Part shown: in pieces, positions 35,657-44,404 of the stretch
Position numbering within the stretch: the first letter of the stretch is position 1
How the letters are laid out: every line of letters starts with the position of its first letter
The notes under the pieces: generated by a model
What the model saw: the letters and a program-made list of their open reading frames with translations, nothing else
Told to the model about the DNA's origin: nothing
Database searches by the model: none
Made by a program: the position numbers and the translations under genes
Assembly: GCA_964630235.1 (NCBI GenBank)
Contig: CAZVUO010000001.1
Location: 360,294 to 424,293 of the forward strand
DNA: 64,000 bases
DNA from: an uncultured bacterium
Lineage (GTDB): Bacteria; Oederibacteriota; JAAXVQ01; JAUVAV01
Direction: 5' to 3'

Positions 35657-37177
35657 TCATCGGAACACCTCGTCCTCGGCCGGCTGGTGTTCGGTTTTCA
35701 GCCGCTGGGGATCCCAGGGCCGGCGCGCCAGCCACCAGGCCGCCGCGAGCGTGACCAGCAGCCAGCCGCAGCCCACGGACAGAACGGTCCACACGTGGTA
35801 CTGGCCGAAGCCGCGGGTGATCTCGGTCCATAGGCTGCGCACCAGCATAACCAGCAGCAGGGCCGGCGTCAGGTATTTCACCATGAAATCCCAGCGCCGG
35901 TCCATGGGCAGGCGCGTCGCGCGGTTGATGTGTTCCCGCACCACCCCAGCCTTGAGCCCATACCCGATCACCAGGCACTCCAGCAGGCCGGCCAGCACCA
36001 GGCCGTACTGGGTGATATAGTGGTCCACGATGTCCAGCCAGTACAGTCCACTGCCCGTGGTGAAGATCAGGGAGCCGGTCAGGCCGGCCAGGCACAGGAC
36101 CGTCACCACGGTCTGGCGCGGCCAGCCGAACTTGTCCTGCACGGAAACCACGAACGTTTCCACCATGGCCACCGCGGAGGCGAGTCCGGCCAGCAGCAGC
36201 GCCAGGAAAAAACACACGCCGAACACTTCCCGAAGCCACGGCAGATTGACAATGGCTTCCGGAAAAACCACGAACGCCAGCGTGGGGCCGGATTTGACCA
36301 CATACTCGATCGGCAGCCCTTTGCTGGCCGCAAGGTATCCGAGCACCGAGAACACGGCCAGGCCCGCCAGCAGGGAGTACAGCCAGGTGGACAGACTGGT
36401 GATCCACGCGTTCTGCACCAGGTCCGCCTGCCGCGGCAGGTAACTGGCGTAGGCGATCAGCACGCCAAACGCCAGGGAGAACGAAAAGAAGATCTGCCCG
36501 TAGGCGGCCATCCAAACCTTGACGTCCAGGAGTTTTTCCCAGCGCGGGGTGAGGTAGTATTTCAGGCCCTCGGCCGCGCCGGGCAGGGTCAGCCCCCACC
36601 CCACCAGGATCAAGGTGGTTACGAGCAGGAGCGGCATAAAGATTCTGAGCACCCGCTCGATGCCCCGGTGGACTTCCTGGAAGGTCACGGCCCAGGTCAA
36701 GAACCACACGGCCGCCGTGGACGCCACGATCGGCCAGCGCAGGCCGCCGATCTGCTCCGGCGCGGTGGTCAGCCCGAGAAACTTCTGGTGAAAAAACCCG
36801 CCGGCGTCCGCGCCCCAGGCCGTGGAGAAGGCGTACACCAGGAAATTGGCGCACCAGCCGATGACCACTTGATAGTAAAACAAGATGCCGAAGGTCACGA
36901 ACAGCGGCATCCACCAGCCCAGCCATTCCACCTGCGGGCTGATCTTGGTGAACGCCAGGGGCGCCGAGGCATGGGCCTTGTGCCCCAGGCCGTATTCCAT
37001 GAGCATCAGGGGAATGCCGGCCGTCAGCAGGGCCACCGCATAGGGGATGAGGAACGCGCCTCCGCCATTGGCATAGGCAATGTAGGGAAACCGCCAGATA
37101 CTGCCCATGCCGACCACGGACCCCATGACCGCCAATAAAAAGCCGAAATTCGTGGAAAAGCGACCCCGCAGGGCCAT
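35657..37177 (-). CDS. Sodium-dependent transporter of the SNF (neurotransmitter:sodium symporter) family.
   Basis: N-terminal GSVVGMGSIWRFPY is the NSS signature. Confidence 0.85.
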   Translation of the reverse strand: MALRGRFSTNFGFLLAVMGSVVGMGSIWRFPYIAYANGGGAFLIPYAVALLTAGIPLMLMEYGLGHKAHASAPLAFTKISPQVEWLGWWMPLFVTFGILFYYQVVIGWCANFLVYAFSTAWGADAGGFFHQKFLGLTTAPEQIGGLRWPIVASTAAVWFLTWAVTFQEVHRGIERVLRIFMPLLLVTTLILVGWGLTLPGAAEGLKYYLTPRWEKLLDVKVWMAAYGQIFFSFSLAFGVLIAYASYLPRQADLVQNAWITSLSTWLYSLLAGLAVFSVLGYLAASKGLPIEYVVKSGPTLAFVVFPEAIVNLPWLREVFGVCFFLALLLAGLASAVAMVETFVVSVQDKFGWPRQTVVTVLCLAGLTGSLIFTTGSGLYWLDIVDHYITQYGLVLAGLLECLVIGYGLKAGVVREHINRATRLPMDRRWDFMVKYLTPALLLVMLVRSLWTEITRGFGQYHVWTVLSVGCGWLLVTLAAAWWLARRPWDPQRLKTEHQPAEDEVFR

Positions 37178-37286
37178 TCCCGCTACCCCCTAGAAATGCG
37201 AAAGCAGGCCGGCGGAACCTGCCCGCTCGACCTGCGTGAGATGCATCATACGACCTGGAACAGCGGATGTCAATGGAAAAGGGGCC

Positions 37287-37475
37287 TTACCGCCGCCGGG
37301 CCAGATAGTTCTCGAACGAACGGTCATAGGTTCTTTCGCCGACCTTATCAAAATAGCACGCCGGCAGTTCGCCCAGGCCGCGGTGGTAGGCGATGCATTC
37401 GCAGCACATCCCCTTGCGGCTGCAGGGGTAGGTACAGTTGCACTTTTTCAGGTTTTTCTCTTTGCGGCAGTCCAT
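37287..37475 (-). CDS. Small Cys-rich protein (62 aa, 8 Cys: [16 protein letters not shown]...C).
   Basis: ATG verified, GAGGGA SD, GC3-biased codons. It lies between yjbQ and the SNF transporter on the same strand. Confidence 0.5.
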   Translation of the reverse strand: MDCRKEKNLKKCNCTYPCSRKGMCCECIAYHRGLGELPACYFDKVGERTYDRSFENYLARRR

Positions 37476-37591
37476 GGTCCCTCGCCCCCCGATCCAACCT
37501 TGCTTTTTGAGCAGCGGACCGCAGCTGAGATGTTCTCTGCTGTTCCGCTTACGGCTGCTCAGCTGCTCTGACCGGCAGCCAACGCTGCCGG

Positions 37592-38005
37592 TCAGTCCCC
37601 CATGACCTTGATGACCAACCGCTTGGGCCGCTGGCCGTCGAATTCGGCGTAAAAGACCTGCTGCCAGGGACCCAGGTCCAGCTTGCCCTGGGTGATGGGC
37701 AGGATCACCTCGTGGTGGACCAGCAGGTTCTTCAGGTGCGCGTCGCCGTTGGTCTCGCCGGTGCGGTGGTGCCGGTAGTCCGCCTTAAACGGGGCGAGCT
37801 TCTCCAGCCACTCGTCAATGTCCGCGAGCAAGCCGTCGTCCGCGTCGTTCACGAACACGCCGGCCGTGATGTGCATGGCCGAGACCAGGACCATGCCCTC
37901 CTGCACGCGGGAGTCGGCCACGGCCTTGGCCACCTCCTCGGTGATGTTGCGGTACTCCCGGTGTTTTTTGGTGTTGAAGGTCAGGTACGCGGTGTGGCTT
38001 TTCAC
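37592..38005 (-). CDS. YjbQ/UPF0047-family protein.
   Basis: Length and conserved core of YjbQ. GTG start with an AAGGAG SD. Confidence 0.8.
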   Translation of the reverse strand: MKSHTAYLTFNTKKHREYRNITEEVAKAVADSRVQEGMVLVSAMHITAGVFVNDADDGLLADIDEWLEKLAPFKADYRHHRTGETNGDAHLKNLLVHHEVILPITQGKLDLGPWQQVFYAEFDGQRPKRLVIKVMGD

Positions 38006-38058
38006 GAGGATGCTCCTTTCGGAGGGCTTCGCGAGGATAGACAGCCCTTGTTCGGGCG

Positions 38059-38102
38059 GTTAACATTTTTTTATGTTAACGTTTATCTATTTATTTGTTA
38101 AC
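38059..38102 (-). promoter_or_regulatory. Candidate operator/promoter upstream of the yjbQ operon: perfect palindrome GTTAACAT-T6-ATGTTAAC plus a third GTTAAC 17 bp away, in an AT-rich stretch.
   Basis: Read directly at 38059-38080 and 38097-38102. Confidence 0.35.
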
Positions 38103-38116
38103 GTGCCCAACTGCGG

Positions 38117-39418
38117 TCAAAACACCGTTTTTAGCAGGACGTTCAGCAGGTCGTCGTCCCGGTAGTGGATGGTCAACCCGGCCTTGTAGAACGGCGTATG
38201 CAGCACGTTTTCCGCGCCCGCGGTCAGCTCCAGCAGGTCCCACAGCACCACGCCCACGCGCACGTCCAGCTGCATGGGATTGTATTCCACCCGGTAGGCG
38301 TCCAGTAGCACGGCCAGGTCGTCCTCCCACAGGCGCAGGTCCAGGCCGGCCACGAAATATTCGTCGCGGATCATGCCGCCGCGGATGAAGAGCGGGGTCT
38401 GCAGGATGCGCCAGGCCAGCTGGGCCTCCCAGGTGGTGCGGTCGGTTTCATAGCCGTAGAGGTCGCTGACCTTTTGCAGGCCCAGCACGTAGTAGCGGTC
38501 CGGCGAGGGCCAGATCAGCAGGTGGGCGTGGCCGGACGACAGGGGGCGGTCGAACTTGTAGAGCCCGAAATTCAGGTCGAACTTGATGCGGTCCATTTTC
38601 TCCTGGTAGTCCCCCACGCGCTTGACCACCTTGGAGGCGGTCTCCACGGTCTCGGTGATGGTCTGCTTGGTCTCCGGGGAGAGCAGTTTCTGTTCGGTTT
38701 GCTTCAGGTCGGCCACGATCGTGCGCAGGTCGCGGACCGTGGCCACCAGCTCGTCGTAGAGCGCCGGATCGTGCACCAGCTTGGCGAGCGTGCCCTGGTC
38801 CTCGTCCTCGACCGCCGCGAGCACGGATTTAAGCTCCTGCAGGGCGTCCCGGAACGCGTAGTACAGGCTCGGGTCCTTGGCCAGGAGTCCCAGGCTGCCG
38901 CGTCCCTCGGCCACTTCGCGCGACACCTGGTCCAGGTTCGCCAGCAACCCTTTGGCCGAGACCACCAGCGCCTCCAAGTCATCGGTCAGCTCTTTGGGCG
39001 GCACACCCGCGATCACGCTGCCGTCGCCGACCGTTTCCGCCTGCGCGCTGCCCTGGGTGAGGTTGATGTACATATCGCCTAAAAGCCCCATGCCCTTGAT
39101 CTCGGCCTTGGAATCGGTCTTGAGATACGGCTGGATCTTCCGCTCGACGGCCATCACCACTTTGAGCCGGGGCGGGTCGCTGCCCGGCACGAAATCCACG
39201 TGCACCACGGACCCGACCTCCACCCCCGAGAACCATACGGGCGAGGAGGCGCGCAGTCCGGCCACGGCCGGATAGGTGGTGACGAGCTTGATCTTGCGGG
39301 AGAACGGGTTGACGCCCTTGGTGGGAAAGATCATGGCCAGGAGCGCGATGGTCACGGCCACCGCGACCAGCGTGCCGACCTTGACCTGCATGGCGGGATA
39401 GTTGCGGCTGCTTTTCAT
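38117..39418 (-). CDS. MlaD/Mce-family substrate-binding protein with a long C-terminal coiled-coil extension.
   Basis: N-terminal TM segment followed by an Mce domain (KVGTLVAVAV...PVWFSGVEVG). Confidence 0.8.
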   Translation of the reverse strand: MKSSRNYPAMQVKVGTLVAVAVTIALLAMIFPTKGVNPFSRKIKLVTTYPAVAGLRASSPVWFSGVEVGSVVHVDFVPGSDPPRLKVVMAVERKIQPYLKTDSKAEIKGMGLLGDMYINLTQGSAQAETVGDGSVIAGVPPKELTDDLEALVVSAKGLLANLDQVSREVAEGRGSLGLLAKDPSLYYAFRDALQELKSVLAAVEDEDQGTLAKLVHDPALYDELVATVRDLRTIVADLKQTEQKLLSPETKQTITETVETASKVVKRVGDYQEKMDRIKFDLNFGLYKFDRPLSSGHAHLLIWPSPDRYYVLGLQKVSDLYGYETDRTTWEAQLAWRILQTPLFIRGGMIRDEYFVAGLDLRLWEDDLAVLLDAYRVEYNPMQLDVRVGVVLWDLLELTAGAENVLHTPFYKAGLTIHYRDDDLLNVLLKTVF

Positions 39419-40155
39419 GGTGCGGAAACCTCTGCTTCCGCCGGCTGGTAGAAAGCCAGCAGTCGTTTTTCCTGCGCGAGCATCTGCCTGCGCGAACCGG
39501 TCCAGACCACGCGGCCGGCGCGGATCACGACGAAGCGGTCCGCGACCTGGGCGGCGTCGTTCAGGCTATGGGTGACCAGCACGCTGGTCACGTGGTGCTC
39601 ACGCTTGAGCTGGTTGATAAGCTCCAGAATGCTTTCGCGGGCCACGGGGTCCAGGCCCGTGGTGGGTTCGTCGTAGAGGATGAGGCTGGGCCGGTAGATC
39701 AGGGCCCGGGCGATGGCCACGCGCCGGCGCATGCCTCCCGAGAGCTCGTCCGGCATCATGTCCACCGTGTGCTCCAGACCCACGGTGGCGAGCATCTCCC
39801 GGACCTGGGGCGCCACCTGCTCGTGCGTGCGGCGGCCGTGCTCCATGAAATAGTACCCCACATTTTCGCCCACGGTCAGGGAATCAAACAGCGCGCCGTC
39901 CTGGAATACGATCCCGATCTTTTTGCGGACCTCCACCAGCTCGGCGTAGGCCAGGCGCGCGAGTTCCTGTCCCGCGACCAGCACGCGCCCCGCGTCCGGC
40001 CTGGCCAGGCCGAGCATCACGCGCAGGATGGTGCTCTTGCCCGATCCGGAGGCGCCGAGAATGGCCAGGGTCTCGCGCTCCCGGACCGCGAGTGAAACGT
40101 CCCGGAGGATCGGGTTGCCGGCGATGGCATAGTCCACGGACTGCATCTCGACCAT
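39415..40155 (-). CDS. ABC transporter ATP-binding protein (MlaF-like).
   Basis: Walker A GASGSGKST, ABC signature LSGGMRRRV, Walker B ILYDEPT. Confidence 0.85.
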   Translation of the reverse strand: MVEMQSVDYAIAGNPILRDVSLAVRERETLAILGASGSGKSTILRVMLGLARPDAGRVLVAGQELARLAYAELVEVRKKIGIVFQDGALFDSLTVGENVGYYFMEHGRRTHEQVAPQVREMLATVGLEHTVDMMPDELSGGMRRRVAIARALIYRPSLILYDEPTTGLDPVARESILELINQLKREHHVTSVLVTHSLNDAAQVADRFVVIRAGRVVWTGSRRQMLAQEKRLLAFYQPAEAEVSAP

Positions 40156-40195
40156 GGCTGGTCCCCTTCTCTAAAAGACCGTGTCTGAATAGAAG

Positions 40196-40291
40196 ATTCA
40201 TCCTTATTCGTCACCCCGGCGGAAGCCGGGGTCCAGAAAAGCAATTGATTTTAATCCCCTGGATACCGGCTTTCGCCGGTATGACGAACTT
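40196..40291. repeat. REP/MITE-like element, copy B, inserted between the Mla-like ATPase and permease genes.
   Basis: Hairpins cgtcaccccggcggaagccggggtccaga and ccctggataccggctttcgccggtatgacg. Paralogous to 16941-17037. Confidence 0.55.
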
Positions 40292-40336
40292 TATGCTTAA
40301 CCCGTTAGAAATGAGCACAACCCTTTGCCTGCCCCT

Positions 40337-41098
40337 TCACACCCCAAATGCTTTCAGCACGATAAATCCAATAAAATAATTAGCCAGGAAGATCACCACC
40401 GAGCTCGCCACCACGGCATTGGCCGCGGCCTGCCCCACGCCCCGCACGCCCTGGCTGGCACGCAGGCCCAGAAAGCACGCGATGGTGGCGATGATCAAGC
40501 CGAAAACGAAGGGTTTGATCAGCCCGCCGGACAGATGGCGCATGACAAAGGCCTTGCGTGCCTCGAACCAGAAAGTGCCCGGCGAGACCGTGGAGATCAG
40601 AAAACCGCCCAGCAGGCTGATCAGATTGGTGATAATGGTCAGGACCGGCGCGGCGATGAACAGCGCGGCCACGCGCGGCGCCACCAGTTTCTGCATGGGG
40701 TCCTGCCCCAGCCCTTCGATGGAATCAATTTGCTGCGTGACCCGCATGGATCCCAGCTCGGCGGTGATGCGCGCGCCCACCCGGCCGGCCAGCATGAGGC
40801 CGGTGATCACCGGCCCCAGTTCCCGCACGGTCGCGACCGCCAGCATGCGGCCGATGTAGACCTTGGCGCCGTAGATCGCCATTTCGGCCTCCAGGATCAG
40901 CGTGATGGCCATGCCGATGAACATGCCCGTGGCGATCATGATGACCACGGACTGCACGCCCAGGGCGTCCAGCTGTTCCAGCACGTCGCGGTAAGCCGGC
41001 GGTTTGCGCACTACGCCGGTCAGGGCGTCCAGCGAGAACATCACATAGTCGCCCAAGAGCCGCAGGCTGGCCAGGACCCTTTCCCACAGTTCCCTCAT
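40337..41098 (-). CDS. mlaE: MlaE/YrbE-family ABC permease.
   Basis: Conserved permease core. The start was set at the ATG overlapping the NUDIX stop; the GTG at 41137 is the alternative. Confidence 0.75.
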   Translation of the reverse strand: MRELWERVLASLRLLGDYVMFSLDALTGVVRKPPAYRDVLEQLDALGVQSVVIMIATGMFIGMAITLILEAEMAIYGAKVYIGRMLAVATVRELGPVITGLMLAGRVGARITAELGSMRVTQQIDSIEGLGQDPMQKLVAPRVAALFIAAPVLTIITNLISLLGGFLISTVSPGTFWFEARKAFVMRHLSGGLIKPFVFGLIIATIACFLGLRASQGVRGVGQAAANAVVASSVVIFLANYFIGFIVLKAFGV

Positions 41099-41634
41099 TC
41101 CACCCCCGGCGCCCGGCGAGGCGCCACCTTCAGCCACCGCTGGTATTCGTCCTCGAAGTTGGGCGTGAAGTTCCCTTGCCCCAGGCTGGCCTGGATCTCG
41201 CCCGGCGACCAGAACCGGCCGTCCTCGATCTCCCGCGGATCAGGACGGACCTCCCCCTCCCAAACCGTCCGGTACGTGGTGACCCATTCGGTCTCCACCG
41301 GGCTGCGCATGATATATTGATACAACCGGTCCAAAGCAGCGCCCTGGATGCCGAGCTCCTCGGCCAGTTCGCGCTGGGCCCCCGCGAGCTCGGACTCGCC
41401 GGGCCGCAGATGTCCCCCGACCGAGGTGTCCCATTTCCCGGGCTGGATGTCCTTGCGCCTGGACCGCAGCTGCAGATACAGCCTCCCGGCCGGGTCAAAG
41501 ACCAGCACGTGCACCACCCGGTGCAGCAGGCTCGGGTCAGAATGGCACTCCTCCCGCCGCGCCAGCCGCAGGACCTTTCCCTCGGGGTCCACCACCTCAA
41601 ACCACTCCGCTGAACCTTCCATGCCGGCCATCAT
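41095..41634 (-). CDS. NUDIX hydrolase.
   Basis: Nudix box GGHLRPGESELAGAQRELAEELGI. Confidence 0.8.
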   Translation of the reverse strand: MMAGMEGSAEWFEVVDPEGKVLRLARREECHSDPSLLHRVVHVLVFDPAGRLYLQLRSRRKDIQPGKWDTSVGGHLRPGESELAGAQRELAEELGIQGAALDRLYQYIMRSPVETEWVTTYRTVWEGEVRPDPREIEDGRFWSPGEIQASLGQGNFTPNFEDEYQRWLKVAPRRAPGVE

Positions 41635-41889
41635 AGCAAAAGCATAGTGAATTTAGAATGACTTTCACTGATCAAAGTCCTCAAGTCAAGCCGGGGATCA
41701 TCCCCGGCGGTTCACCCTCCGAATGACAATTGCATCCCTGGGTTTTTTCACCTGGATTTGTGGCGGAAGCGATGCGAAAATGAACTGCCCCGCGATTTAT
41801 CGCGGGGTCTCCAATATCATGCCCTGAGCATCCATTTATTGTACCCCGCCCAAAGGGCGGAGCATGAATAAGCGAAAGGGTATACCCCC

Positions 41890-42606
41890 ATGCCCAAAGC
41901 CATCATCATCGGCGCCACTTCCGGCATCGGCTGGGCCCTGGCCCAAGACCTGGCCCGCCAAGGCTTTACCCTCGGCCTCGCCGGCCGGCGGCTGGAGCGG
42001 CTCCGCAGCCTCCAGCATTCCCTGGCGCGGGTCACGCGCATCCAGACCCTGGACGTGCGCCGGCCGCGGACGGCCCTCGTCCAGTTCAAACGGCTCATCC
42101 GTGCGCTGGGAGGGCTTGATCTGCTGGTGATTTGCGCCGGCATCTCGCGGCGCGAGGCCAGCTGGCCCGAGGAGCTGGAGATCATCGCGACCAATGTCCA
42201 GGGCTTCGCGGCCCTGGCCCGCGCGGGCTTCGACCATTTTTGCAGTCAGGGTCACGGCCACCTGGCCGCCCTGTCCTCGATCTCCGCCATCCGCGGACGC
42301 GCGGAGAACGTGGCCTACGCGTCCAGCAAAGCGTTCGTTTCCAATTATCTGCAGGGCTTGCGCCAGCAGGCGTTCCGGCGCGGCCTGCCGATCACGGTTA
42401 CCGAGGTCCTGGCCGGTTGGGTGGACACGCCCCTGATCCGCCGCTCGGGCGCCAGGCGGTTCTGGGTCGCTCCGGTCGCCGTGGCCAGCCGCCAGATCGC
42501 GGCCGCCCTGGCCGCGAAAAGATCGCGGGTATACGTCACGCGGCGCTGGGCCCTGATCGCTTGGTTCTTAAAGTGGGTTCCGGACTGGTGGCATAAACGG
42601 CTTTAA
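41890..42606 (+). CDS. Short-chain dehydrogenase/reductase (SDR).
   Basis: Motifs GATSGIG and YASSKAF (YxxxK). Confidence 0.85.
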   Translation: MPKAIIIGATSGIGWALAQDLARQGFTLGLAGRRLERLRSLQHSLARVTRIQTLDVRRPRTALVQFKRLIRALGGLDLLVICAGISRREASWPEELEIIATNVQGFAALARAGFDHFCSQGHGHLAALSSISAIRGRAENVAYASSKAFVSNYLQGLRQQAFRRGLPITVTEVLAGWVDTPLIRRSGARRFWVAPVAVASRQIAAALAAKRSRVYVTRRWALIAWFLKWVPDWWHKRL

Positions 42607-42702
42607 AAAGCGAACAGCAGAACAGCCGACCGCACGTTTGAAGACAGTTATTCTTATCCGCTGGTCTGCTGTTCTGCTGCTCAGCTGCTCAGCTGCTCCA
42701 CC

Positions 42703-42747
42703 AAATAAAGAAAAGGGCTCCTCGTTAGAGGAGCCCTTTTCTTTATT

Positions 42748-42752
<5 letters not shown>
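42703..42752. terminator. Bidirectional intrinsic terminator: perfect 23-bp inverted repeat ccaaataaagaaaagggctcctc / gaggagcccttttctttatttgg with a 4-nt loop, shared by the SDR gene (+) and tRNA-fMet (-).
   Basis: GC-core hairpin with U-rich tracts on both strands. Confidence 0.65.
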
Positions 42753-42821
<69 letters not shown>

Positions 42822-42846
42822 GATGTGTCCCTGCTGGTGAGGCTGT

Positions 42847-42875
42847 AACTTATCACTTCCCATCCCTATTGTCTA
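42847..42875 (-). promoter_or_regulatory. Candidate sigma70-type promoter for tRNA-fMet (TAGACA-N17-TAAGTT).
   Basis: Hexamers read on the minus strand, ~25 nt upstream of the tRNA 5' end. Confidence 0.3.
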
Positions 42876-42907
42876 TATAAAATCCTTTCTTTGCCCCTCT
42901 TTTTTAC

Positions 42908-43048
42908 CTCTGAAGGCGGAGGAGTCTTCCCCAGGCAGCAAGCTTGCCAGCCTGTCCTTTTAACCGGGCTTGGATTCGGATTGGCTCTCCGAATCCAAGC
43001 GATGATATCAAAGGCCTCAAGCTGATGCGTGGGGAAGACTCCTCCGCC
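42908..43048. repeat. Nested inverted repeats: outer 18-bp arms ggcggaggagtcttcccc / ggggaagactcctccgcc, with inner palindromes gcttggattcgga...tccgaatccaagc and gcaagcttgc.
   Basis: Read directly. Lies between the tRNA promoter region and the gpmA stop. Confidence 0.5.
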
Positions 43049-43052
43049 GTTC

Positions 43053-43802
43053 TCATTTCCCCTTCTTCCCTTGCGCCGCGACCGCGGCCATGGCCTTCTG
43101 CACGGCCTCGGCGTCGCCGAGGTAGTAATGCTTGACCGCGTTGAACTGCTCGTCGAACTCGTACACCAGGGGCACGCCCGTGGGAATGTTCAACTCCACG
43201 ATCTCCTGGTCCGAGACCTGGTCCAGGTGCTTGACCAGCGCCCGCAGGGAATTGCCGTGGGCCGCGATCAGGATCTTCTTGCCTGCCTTGAGCTGGGGCA
43301 GGATCACGTCGAACCAGTACGGCAGGGCCCGCTCCAGGGTGGCCTTAAGGTCCTCGTGCGCCGGGATGTCCTTGTCCGCGAGGCTCGCGTAGCGCGGGTC
43401 GTGGCGCGGGTGGCGCGGGTCCGCCAGCTCCAGGGGCGGGGGCGGGATATCGTAGCTGCGGCGCCAGATTTTTACCTGGTCCTCGCCGTATTTCTCCGCG
43501 GTTTCGGCTTTGTTCAGCCCCTGCAGGGTGCCGTAGTGGCGCTCGTTCAGGCGCCAGGTCCGGTGCACGGGGATCCACATCAGGTCCATCTCATCCAGCG
43601 TGATCCACAGCGTGCGGATCGCGCGCTTGAGCACCGAGGTGTGGGCCACGTCGAACGTGTACCCTTCCTGGCGCAGCAGCTGTCCGGCCGCGTGGGCCTC
43701 TTTAAGCCCGCGTTCGGACAGGTCCACGTCCGTCCAGCCCGTAAACCGGTTCTCCAGGTTCCACGTGCTTTCGCCGTGGCGCAGCATCACCAGCTTGATC
43801 AT
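43053..43802 (-). CDS. gpmA: 2,3-bisphosphoglycerate-dependent phosphoglycerate mutase.
   Basis: Motif [12 protein letters not shown], catalytic His residues, ~250 aa. Confidence 0.9.
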   Translation of the reverse strand: MIKLVMLRHGESTWNLENRFTGWTDVDLSERGLKEAHAAGQLLRQEGYTFDVAHTSVLKRAIRTLWITLDEMDLMWIPVHRTWRLNERHYGTLQGLNKAETAEKYGEDQVKIWRRSYDIPPPPLELADPRHPRHDPRYASLADKDIPAHEDLKATLERALPYWFDVILPQLKAGKKILIAAHGNSLRALVKHLDQVSDQEIVELNIPTGVPLVYEFDEQFNAVKHYYLGDAEAVQKAMAAVAAQGKKGK

Positions 43803-43995
43803 CCCATCCTCCTTGGTTATTACAAGTTGAGATTGCTTCGTCCCGCTGGTCCTCGCAATGACTCCTTTTTCGAACTATGGTCAGTGCAAGCGACCGGAGG
43901 TCGCGCGGCAATCTTGTTTACGGGTTGGAATCTTCTTTTGACGCGGTTGCAGATTATAGCACAGAACCCCGGCTGTCAAGCCCCGCCGGAAGTAT

Positions 43996-44027
43996 AAAAA
44001 AACCGCCTGCGCGGGGCGCAGGCGGCT
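43996..44027 (-). terminator. Intrinsic terminator (CCGCCUGCGCCCCGCGCAGGCGG plus U7).
   Basis: Follows the stop of the 67-aa ORF. Confidence 0.6.
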
Positions 44028-44049
44028 CACGGGGTAAAGAACGGAGCGT

Positions 44050-44253
44050 TCAGTTCCGATAAAAAACAGCTTGCAGGGCCGGCCAGCGTTCCTTCATAAA
44101 ATGGAGCAGGGGTTCCCACTGGTGGCTTTGCTTCATGACCGCTTTGGCGAACGCCTGGCGCAATTTCTGGCGTTCGGCCGCGCGCACCAGATCTAAAGAG
44201 GATTTGTTCAGGAGGAGCAAGTAGTTGTTCTCGGTCTCGGGCTTGGGTAGCAT
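44050..44253 (-). CDS. Hypothetical 67-aa protein.
   Basis: GC3-biased ORF with its own downstream terminator. No recognisable domain. Confidence 0.45.
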   Translation of the reverse strand: MLPKPETENNYLLLLNKSSLDLVRAAERQKLRQAFAKAVMKQSHQWEPLLHFMKERWPALQAVFYRN

Positions 44254-44300
44254 GGCGGCTCACCTGCCTCTCTGACCTGTTTGTACCTAAAGTATATCAC

Positions 44301-44342
44301 CGAAAAAACGGAAAAACAAATTTGGGCGGCCCGCCAGCCGCC
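44301..44342 (-). terminator. Probable pgi terminator (GGCGGC-UGGCGG-GCCGCC hairpin followed by a U-rich tract).
   Basis: Read on the minus strand ~60 nt after the pgi stop. Confidence 0.45.
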
Positions 44343-44404
44343 AATAATACCCTTTTTATTCAAGCCTATTCGGGCGCGCACCGGAAAACCGGGACAGAGT
44401 CTGT

